From: an uncultured bacterium
Lineage (GTDB): Bacteria; CSSED10-310; CAZUFC01
Assembly (NCBI GenBank): GCA_964619725.1
Contig: CAZUFC010000020.1
Coordinates: 54,945 to 81,140, forward strand
DNA length: 26,196 nucleotides
Reading direction: 5' to 3'
Positions 17,106-24,214 of the stretch are shown here, one piece after another (positions within the stretch are counted from its first letter, which is position 1; every line of letters starts with the position of its first letter). A model generated the notes under the pieces. That model was not told the origin of the DNA, did no database searches, and saw only the letters and a list, made by a program, of their open reading frames with translations. The translations under genes were made by a program, and so were the position numbers.

Positions 17106-19031
17106 TCATTCCAATCGTTTTTGCGGAGCGGACTGATTGATTCCTGAGCTGCGAGGATTAACAAACGGCATGAGCATAAGAATAAGCAGAATAATGCCGG
17201 CTGTCTGGAGGCTGGGAACAGGTGGAGAAGGCGATGCCGTGAATGTCGGAGAGGGTGTGGAGGTTTCGGCTGGAGTGTTTGAAGCTGTGGGAGAAAACGA
17301 TGGAGTGAGAGTCGGCGTTTTCGTCGGCGCCGACGTCTGTTCAGGACTGGGAGTTCGACTCGGCGTTTCCGTGGTTGTCGTTGTCGGAGTTATGGTGGGC
17401 GAATGAGATGGCGTCGGACTGGGAGTGGTCGAAACCAGGATGAGGGGATCGTCTGTTCCGACGGTGTAAGGTCCGGGTCCCAGATACCTGTATCGAGCGG
17501 GATTCGCCTTGGTCCCGAATTCGACGGTCGCTCCGCTGCCGATGGTCGGTAGGGACTCGGATATAGTCCAGAAATCAGGTTCCGCCGGCTCAAAAGGATC
17601 GTCAGATAAATAATAAGAATAATCCGGAAGGGATTCCGATCCTTCCGGGATAACGTTGTATCCGCTCCAGGGCCAGCGCTTTTCCCTGTTACCCCACTCG
17701 AAATGCCCCGATCCCAATAAAATATACTGCCCCAGCAATCCGTCCGTAATGTCGTTTCCGACAATATTCTGATCGTCGCAGGCTGTCGTTATCATTAAGC
17801 CGTAATGACCGGCGCTGTTGCGAAAAGCCGTGTTGTAAGGCCCGGCAGGTTCTCCGTGCGATCCGTCGAAAATCAGATTATAAACGATATTGCCCTCAAA
17901 AAGGTTAGCGAATCCCCGGTTGCCGTGCAACGCTATGTCAGAAGCGTAATCATGCGGTATTTCATTGCGATAGGGGTCCGTGGAATAATTATATCCGAAA
18001 ACATTGCCGTTGCCGCCGTTCTGAATAAGCATGGAATGCCGCAGATGAACGAAAATGTTGTTTTCAATCAGGCAATCTCCTGTTTGAGCGGAACATTCCG
18101 TGCCGTAGGCATGCCCGCCGCCTCCATAATCGAATGCATGATGCAGATAACATCCCGTTATTTCGATTTTCGTGCTGCTGCGCATGTTTACCAATCGAGA
18201 GACGCAATTTTCCATCTCCACCCCGCGCACCCAGCAGCTTCCAGCAAGATAAAAACTGATATGATTGCCGTTAGTCGGCGTCGTTCCGTCTGTTCGAATA
18301 ATTTTAAGGTTATCGATGCCTGCATTTTCGCGAAGATTCACCTTGCGCACTTCCGGGTTAAACTGCGCAATGTAATCCGCCCGCAACTCATGCTCAAGAT
18401 GCAACCTGTTCCCCGAAATTCCCGTTATCTGCAATATCTGACCGACAGCCCGCTGGGCCCAGGTATCCCCGTTATCCCACGCCGGATCATTGTCCTGCCT
18501 CAATTCCACATAATCGCCTACGTTGAACTCCGACGCATCCTCCACGTCAATCCATTCCGCATGCATGCTCTGAGGTGAAAAACTCTGATAGGAACCTCCC
18601 GAACTTCCTGAAATACTGATGCAATGCCCGTTGCCTCCGCTGAAATCAAACTCCAGACATGCAAGATTGCCGGAAGGGTCTCGCTCACCCCGCAAAACCG
18701 CACCCGCAGGAAGATTGATCGTTGAGGTGACTTTGTAGGTCCCCGCAGGAAAATACGCCATATAAACGTCAGGAACCCCCTGCGTCCAGTTCAACGCATC
18801 AATGATCGCCTGAGTATCATCTGTTGTTCCGTCTCCCACGGCCCCGAAATGAGTCACAGCAACCCCGGCCCTGTTGGGTATTTCACCCGGATAGCCTGCA
18901 GCATGCCAGGCCTCCGTGAAATTGCGGGAATCAGGTATAGTCCCGCCCATACATTCAAAACAGGGGATTAATACAAGGAAAAAAATGAAAATTGCAGGAT
19001 TTTTACTTTCAAACTTGTTCGATCTCTCCAT
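17106..19031 (-). CDS. Secreted Pectate_lyase_3-type beta-helix protein with Ser/Thr/Pro linker and IPTL-CTERM-like tail
   Basis: VTHFGAVGDGTTDDTQAI...YFPAGTY motif, Asn-rich beta-helix region, 71-aa S/T/P linker, then VPSL + hydrophobic segment. ATG 19031 is preferred over 19055. Confidence 0.85.
   Translation of the reverse strand: MERSNKFESKNPAIFIFFLVLIPCFECMGGTIPDSRNFTEAWHAAGYPGEIPNRAGVAVTHFGAVGDGTTDDTQAIIDALNWTQGVPDVYMAYFPAGTYKVTSTINLPAGAVLRGERDPSGNLACLEFDFSGGNGHCISISGSSGGSYQSFSPQSMHAEWIDVEDASEFNVGDYVELRQDNDPAWDNGDTWAQRAVGQILQITGISGNRLHLEHELRADYIAQFNPEVRKVNLRENAGIDNLKIIRTDGTTPTNGNHISFYLAGSCWVRGVEMENCVSRLVNMRSSTKIEITGCYLHHAFDYGGGGHAYGTECSAQTGDCLIENNIFVHLRHSMLIQNGGNGNVFGYNYSTDPYRNEIPHDYASDIALHGNRGFANLFEGNIVYNLIFDGSHGEPAGPYNTAFRNSAGHYGLMITTACDDQNIVGNDITDGLLGQYILLGSGHFEWGNREKRWPWSGYNVIPEGSESLPDYSYYLSDDPFEPAEPDFWTISESLPTIGSGATVEFGTKANPARYRYLGPGPYTVGTDDPLILVSTTPSPTPSHSPTITPTTTTTETPSRTPSPEQTSAPTKTPTLTPSFSPTASNTPAETSTPSPTFTASPSPPVPSLQTAGIILLILMLMPFVNPRSSGINQSAPQKRLE
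17220..17432 (-). repeat. Low-complexity Ser/Thr/Pro linker (71 aa)
   Basis: STTPSPTPSHSPTITPTTTTTETPSRTPSP...SPSPP. Confidence 0.85.
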
Positions 19032-19169
19032 AGTATCCCCCAAAGCCGGAAGCAAGCTTCAAAAACTCTTTATCAGTATATAACAAGGTAATCGTTCAAA
19101 CAAATTGAAAGACTGTTTATCGAAGGCGAATACAGGCCGGCGGATCAAAAGAACGCTTCCGGCGCTGAA

Positions 19170-19198
19170 TTGAAAATATGTTTATTCTACACTATAAT
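19170..19198 (+). promoter_or_regulatory. Near-consensus sigma70 promoter of the Uma2 gene
   Basis: TTGAAA (19170-19175), 17 nt, TATAAT (19193-19198). Confidence 0.65.
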
Positions 19199-19225
19199 CA
19201 TCAATGGAAGGGAGTGATATCGACT

Positions 19226-19813
19226 ATGCCTGATCCGGCGTTTAAAAAATCCTACACGTACAGTGATTATTTAAATTGGCCGGATGACCGGCGATATGAA
19301 ATTATCGACGGAAATATTTATAATATGACGCCTGCGCCTTCCCGGCTGCACCAGAAAGTCGCCGGTGAATTATTCAAACAGATTGCCCTGTATCTTGATG
19401 ATAAAGAATGTGAAGTTTATTTTGCGCCCTTTGACGTTAGAATACCGGAAGCAGACAACCAAAAGGAATCCATAGCCGATTATGAAATAATGACAGTGGT
19501 GCAACCTGATATTGTCGTTGTTTGCGATATGGACAAGCTTGATGAGAGAGGATGTCTGGGCGCCCCAGATTTCATCATTGAAATCGTTTCACCGGCAACT
19601 GCAGCCAAGGACCAGATAGAAAAAACGGCTTTGTATGAAAAAAGCGGAGTGAGAGAATACTGGATTGTTCATCCTAATGATCGAGTGGTAACGGTTCGCG
19701 TCTTGCGTCGTGACGGAAAATACGAAACGCCGAAATTTTATCACTTTAAAGGTAAGATTGAATCGACGGCGCTTGCCGGATTAACAATCAATTTTGATGT
19801 AGTTTTCTCCTGA
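19226..19813 (+). CDS. Uma2 (DUF820) PD-(D/E)XK endonuclease-like protein
   Basis: YTYSDY...RYEIIDG...PAP..HQ, VQPDI, APDFIIEIVSP, K..LY...GVREYWIVHP. ATG 19226 has GGGAG upstream; ATG 19178 lies inside the promoter. Confidence 0.92.
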   Translation: MPDPAFKKSYTYSDYLNWPDDRRYEIIDGNIYNMTPAPSRLHQKVAGELFKQIALYLDDKECEVYFAPFDVRIPEADNQKESIADYEIMTVVQPDIVVVCDMDKLDERGCLGAPDFIIEIVSPATAAKDQIEKTALYEKSGVREYWIVHPNDRVVTVRVLRRDGKYETPKFYHFKGKIESTALAGLTINFDVVFS

Positions 19814-19891
19814 TATTGTTCCCGCCAACCATTTAACACACGCCCAGCATGCATCCAGGGCGATGAAGCCGGTGTGTGAGGTCGTGAAGCT

Positions 19892-21850
19892 CTATTTTCT
19901 TCTTTTCAACAAAAACAGCGGGATAAACAGAAAAATCAGCATACCTGAAATCGAAACAGTCGGAATGGTAATATCCGGGGTTGGGGTAGGAGTCGGTGTC
20001 GGATCAGGAATGTCGGTGGTGGCGTTGGTCTGGACCCAGACATGGTATTCTGCGGCGGGTCCGCAATTACCGGCTTCATCCATAGCGCGAACATAGATGA
20101 TGTGTTGTCCGTCAGTCAAAGCATCCTGTGGAAACTGGTAATAATTATTTGCGACGGAGGGTTCGCATGGAGGCGTGATATCCGCAGAGACAGCGTATCC
20201 GTCAATGGGCGCCGTGGATTGAGACGGTTCCCAGGAAATAAAGGGATCATTGTCCTGTTGCCATGTTTCTTCGGGAATGACGAATCCGCCTTCTTCCGTA
20301 TAAGCCGTCAAATTTAATATCGTATCTTCGGTAGCATCCACTTTCATTATGAATTGTGCGACGTTTCCGCAGTTCCCCGCTTCATCCGCGCTCCGAATTT
20401 TAAAAAAGGTCGTTCCTTCTTCCAGAGCATTATCCTGTAATTGCAACTCACCCATGTCGCCTCCCGTCAGTTCAAGGGTCACGCAATCCGGATCATTGTT
20501 GAGGGCCCACGAGTAACCGATTATAGGAGCATACCGATTATCCGTATCGATGAACCAGAAAAAGTAAGGGTCCCGATCAGACGTCCATTCGCCCTCGATT
20601 ATGAATTCCCCTGACTCTTCTGTCCTGGCCCCGATATATTCCACGGTATCGCTTGACCAGTCTATTCCGAAAGTTCTGAATGTCACGGTTGAACTGCGGC
20701 GTGAGAGGTCCTGCGAGTCTGCGCATATTTCGCATATATCCTGGCCCTGGTCCCGGCAGAGTCCTGCCGGACCTACGGAAACAGTCTTTTCACCGTTGCA
20801 CGGTCTGGATGTCCAATCCAGTTGCGTTACTCCGTCGCTGACCACTCTCCATCGACAACCCGTTTCGTCCAATCCCGAACCGTCATCCGAATCAACGAAA
20901 GTCACCGTCATATCCGACCTGTGCCAGGAAGAGGCAGGCGGAGCGGTTATGCTGGAAGAAGGATTCACCAGGTCCACCAGCGCATACACATTGACAGACC
21001 AGGACGTCTGCGGGTTAGAGACCTGCGGATAATTGCCGTTGGCCGCTCCGTAACTGAATCTATACTCATGATTGTGAACCGGATTCAAATATTTGTCGCA
21101 GCCGGACGGACATAAGGATATGCTGCCGTCTGCCGGAGCGGGTTCAGAACTGTAAAGAAATTGCCCTGTCGTGTTGTCCCGCAGCTTGAAAAAATACCCG
21201 GATATTCCCGAATCAGGGTCTGAAGCAAGCGACCAGGTGAAATCAAGCCTCGTATCGTTGTCATAGTAAGTGTCGGAAAGAGCGTCATCCTCGTGAAGCG
21301 GTGCGGATAAGCCTGCAGGCGCCGTATCATCCTGGTACCATATTCTGTGACGCAATTCGTAATTGTAGGCGTATCCGTCAGATTCGTTGTCGTCGCACAC
21401 CGGCGAATAATCGGGATGAGCATTATCGTTGTTCCATTCCCAGGCGGCGCCGCTCATGGATGTCCAGGGATGTTTCCAATGATTGCCGATCACGTCGTCT
21501 GAATCATAGTCCGAATCGAACAACCCGAAATAAAACCAGGCTATGCTGCTGCCCGGTATCGCCCTTACGACCGTGTAATCCGAAAAATTCCACGACCCGC
21601 AACGGTCGTCCGGAAACCCGCAGTCATCATGATAACTGTCGCCGTAAACATCCAGTATTGACGCTCGGTACTGAGGTTCAGGCGGCTCATAAGGCCAGGG
21701 ATCATAATCTTCCTCGGCATTGCACAGGTTCCTTATCTCATATACAGAAAAATGAGCCGTCAAAGTTCCCCATACGGTCCCGACCGGCCACAGAAATATT
21801 AACGCAACAAAAAACGCAGACATTTTCCGGGTCATTGATTTTTTTTTCAT
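19892..21850 (-). CDS. Secreted Cys-containing multidomain beta-sandwich (Ig/FN3-like) protein with IPTL-CTERM-like tail
   Basis: Signal peptide; DPDSGISGY and DDGSGL motifs; two tandem ~105-aa repeats ending in DEAGNCG; PT linker; IPTVS + hydrophobic segment + KRRK. Confidence 0.85.
   Translation of the reverse strand: MKKKSMTRKMSAFFVALIFLWPVGTVWGTLTAHFSVYEIRNLCNAEEDYDPWPYEPPEPQYRASILDVYGDSYHDDCGFPDDRCGSWNFSDYTVVRAIPGSSIAWFYFGLFDSDYDSDDVIGNHWKHPWTSMSGAAWEWNNDNAHPDYSPVCDDNESDGYAYNYELRHRIWYQDDTAPAGLSAPLHEDDALSDTYYDNDTRLDFTWSLASDPDSGISGYFFKLRDNTTGQFLYSSEPAPADGSISLCPSGCDKYLNPVHNHEYRFSYGAANGNYPQVSNPQTSWSVNVYALVDLVNPSSSITAPPASSWHRSDMTVTFVDSDDGSGLDETGCRWRVVSDGVTQLDWTSRPCNGEKTVSVGPAGLCRDQGQDICEICADSQDLSRRSSTVTFRTFGIDWSSDTVEYIGARTEESGEFIIEGEWTSDRDPYFFWFIDTDNRYAPIIGYSWALNNDPDCVTLELTGGDMGELQLQDNALEEGTTFFKIRSADEAGNCGNVAQFIMKVDATEDTILNLTAYTEEGGFVIPEETWQQDNDPFISWEPSQSTAPIDGYAVSADITPPCEPSVANNYYQFPQDALTDGQHIIYVRAMDEAGNCGPAAEYHVWVQTNATTDIPDPTPTPTPTPDITIPTVSISGMLIFLFIPLFLLKRRK
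20033..20662 (-). repeat. Tandem duplicated domain (108 aa at 20339-20662 and 102 aa at 20033-20338)
   Basis: DT...A.TEE.G..I....W..D.DP...W...API.GY...P.C...AL..G.....R..DEAGNCG is present in both copies. Confidence 0.85.
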
Positions 21851-21953
21851 CCCTTCCCCCTTTTAACTCCTATGAATTATTCCAGGAAACAGCCCCATAC
21901 TCCCGGGACATTATTATTCAGAGTTTATGTCCTTCAATCGTTCAGCTTCTTTC

Positions 21954-21981
21954 ATTATAAAGGATTGATTTTAAAAATCAA
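21954..21981 (-). promoter_or_regulatory. Putative leftward promoter overlapped by a 17-bp palindrome
   Basis: Minus strand TTGATT (21981-21976), 16 nt, TATAAT (21959-21954); palindrome ttgatttt-a-aaaatcaa at 21965-21981. Confidence 0.5.
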
Positions 21982-22015
21982 AATTTCAGTTTCTTTTTTC
22001 GCAACCGCAAATTGT

Positions 22016-22044
22016 TTGTATTCTGGAATAAAATGATTTATACT
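22016..22044 (+). promoter_or_regulatory. Putative sigma70 promoter of ackA
   Basis: TTGTAT (22016-22021), 17 nt, TATACT (22039-22044). Confidence 0.5.
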
Positions 22045-22112
22045 ACGGTCCGTTTTTCGGAGAAACCTGGTGAAGGTTTTTCCTGAGAGTATGAAAACCG
22101 GGAGAGTGAGTG

Positions 22113-23507
22113 ATGAAAGTACTTGTTTTGAATTGCGGAAGTTCTTCCGTGAAATTTCAATTGTTGGACATGGAAACGGAAGCAGTTTTGACGAAGGGAC
22201 TGGTAGAGAAAATAGGTTCCAGTCATGCGATTCTTTCTTATCAGAGTGAGGGAAAGAACAAGATTCGGGAAGTACAGGAAATATCCGACCATAGAACTGC
22301 GATCCATCTTGCCATAAGGGCAATGACGGACCCCAAGACCGGTTCTATCCAGGAAATTTCAGAAATAGACGCCATAGGGCATCGCCTGGTACACGGCGGT
22401 GAAGAATTCTCATCATCTGTTCTGATAGACGAAAAGGTCATAGAAAGTATAGAGTATTGCAGTCAATTCGCTCCATTGCATAATCCGCATAACCTCAAGG
22501 GAGTGGAAATCTGCAAGGAAGCGATACCCGGAGTGCCGAATGTAGGCGTATTCGACACGGCATTTCATCAAACGATGCCTGCTGAATCCTACATCTACGG
22601 ATTGCCTTATGCCCTTTACCGGAAATTGGGCATACGACGCTACGGATTCCACGGAACGTCTCATAAATTCGTTTCACGGAAAGCTGCGGAAATACTGGAC
22701 CGCCCAGTTGAAGACCTTAAAATTGTAACCTGCCATCTCGGCAACGGCGCCAGCATAGCGGCCATAAAAAACGGCATATCGGTCGACACCAGCATGGGAT
22801 TCACGCCGCTTGAGGGACTCGTCATGGGCACCCGATGCGGAAGCATTGACCCCGCGTTAGTCTCTTACCTCATCAAACGGGAAAATCTTACTCCGGACCA
22901 GGTCGACAATCTGATGAATAAATCCAGCGGAATGCTCGGCATAACCGAAAGCTCGAACGATTTCCGGGAAATAGAGGAAGAAGCGACCCAGGGGAACGAA
23001 CAGCACAAACTGGCGCTGAAGATATTCTGCCACAGAGTCAAACAGTATATCGGCGCCTATGCGGCTATCCTCGGCGGCTTAGACATACTTGTCTTCACCG
23101 GCGGCATCGGTGAAAACTCTGACATGGTAAGGAAAAACAGCCTTGAAGGGCTCGAATTCATGGGCATTGAACTGGACGACGACAAGAACCGGGAACACCA
23201 GTTAAGCATTGGAAAAGGCAAAGTACAGATTCTCGTCGTCCCGACAAATGAAGAACTGGAAATAGCGCGGGATACCGTTAAAGTGGTTCACAAGCAAAGA
23301 GCTTCGGATGCCGATACGGAAGAGGCAGGGCAAATACCGGCCCTTTCCAGAGAACAACGGAAATTCCTTCTCGTCACCTGGGCCAAAGACTCTTCTCGTT
23401 CCGTTGAAGAATTATCGGCTCAATTGAGCAGAGAATTCGGCAGAAAAATAACGCCTGACAGGATCAAAAAGGAACTGGAAAGCCTGGATTTGATCGAAGT
23501 TCATTAA
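22113..23507 (+). CDS. ackA: Acetate kinase with ~72-aa C-terminal HTH-like extension
   Basis: NCGSSS, GHRLVHGG, APLHN, VFDTAFH, YGFHGTSH, CHLGNG, MGTRCG, FTGGIGEN and PTNEE are all present. Start is ATG 22113 or GTG 22110. Confidence 0.95.
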   Translation: MKVLVLNCGSSSVKFQLLDMETEAVLTKGLVEKIGSSHAILSYQSEGKNKIREVQEISDHRTAIHLAIRAMTDPKTGSIQEISEIDAIGHRLVHGGEEFSSSVLIDEKVIESIEYCSQFAPLHNPHNLKGVEICKEAIPGVPNVGVFDTAFHQTMPAESYIYGLPYALYRKLGIRRYGFHGTSHKFVSRKAAEILDRPVEDLKIVTCHLGNGASIAAIKNGISVDTSMGFTPLEGLVMGTRCGSIDPALVSYLIKRENLTPDQVDNLMNKSSGMLGITESSNDFREIEEEATQGNEQHKLALKIFCHRVKQYIGAYAAILGGLDILVFTGGIGENSDMVRKNSLEGLEFMGIELDDDKNREHQLSIGKGKVQILVVPTNEELEIARDTVKVVHKQRASDADTEEAGQIPALSREQRKFLLVTWAKDSSRSVEELSAQLSREFGRKITPDRIKKELESLDLIEVH

Positions 23508-23582
23508 ATATTAACCTTTGCATCATCATGACGAATGATGATAGTTACCCAGAAACTCTAGTGTTCTCACAAGGATTGTAAA

Positions 23583-24086
23583 ATGAACATCAAAAATATA
23601 TCCAAAGAAGAAGCGGGCTGGCTGGTCGCCCGGTCATGGCTGACCGCGCTGGAACATACCGCTCGCGACTTCCATGGAAGACGGCCCAAAAGCTTCTGTT
23701 CTAGAGCCTATGAACATGCCACGGCCATATGGTTGCGCATCCTGGAAAACGAATACGGCATTGAAATTCCCCGCTCAGATACGATCAAAGAAGCCATAGA
23801 AAATTACATAGCGCTCGGCGTTAAAATGGGCATCTTTAAGGATGCCAGCAATTTTGACCTGGAAGAAGTGAATCCGAACAAATTGGAAATAAAAGTTCAC
23901 CTGTGCCCTTATCGTTCGAGCTGCAAGGACCTGCTCAAGGAAGGCTTTTCTCTGAAGCAACTGACATGCGCAAGATTAGGTTGTTTTGCGGCTGCGGCTA
24001 AACTGCTCATCAACATCGACTGCAACTACGAAGTAGTGTCGGTGGGAGTAGAAGGGGCATGCGAAGGATTTGTCGAGCGGGTATAA
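23583..24086 (+). CDS. Cys-rich hypothetical protein, V4R/MetOD1-like ligand-binding fold suspected
   Basis: Helical N-terminal half, then LEIKVHLCPY...C...TCARLGC...C...GACEGFV; 7 Cys; AAGGA upstream. Fold assignment is by pattern only. Confidence 0.65.
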   Translation: MNIKNISKEEAGWLVARSWLTALEHTARDFHGRRPKSFCSRAYEHATAIWLRILENEYGIEIPRSDTIKEAIENYIALGVKMGIFKDASNFDLEEVNPNKLEIKVHLCPYRSSCKDLLKEGFSLKQLTCARLGCFAAAAKLLINIDCNYEVVSVGVEGACEGFVERV

Positions 24087-24214
24087 TTTGAAAAACGGAG
24101 GCGATGCTGCGTCGAAAACGGGTTGATCGCCGACTGAAATGGAATTCAAACTGTTGAATGAGAGAAAAATGCCTGGAATTACTTGAATCGGTTAATGCCG
24201 AGAGGTTGTGAGAA

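Noticed and set aside
17106-17170. Frameshift in the VPSL tail (an alternative frame reads LLILAA)
   Set aside because: The alternative frame gives no basic cluster and prompt stop, so it does not restore a canonical tail.
21965-21981. FNR box upstream of ackA
   Set aside because: TTGAT and ATCAA are separated by 7 nt, not the 4 nt of the FNR consensus.
24104-24214. Two 17-codon ORFs in frame with the HEAT gene, separated by TGA codons (readthrough or recoding)
   Set aside because: TGA is a normal stop for many genes here, the peptides are not HEAT-like, the GGAGG is only 2 nt from ATG 24104, and the HEAT ATG has its own GAGG.
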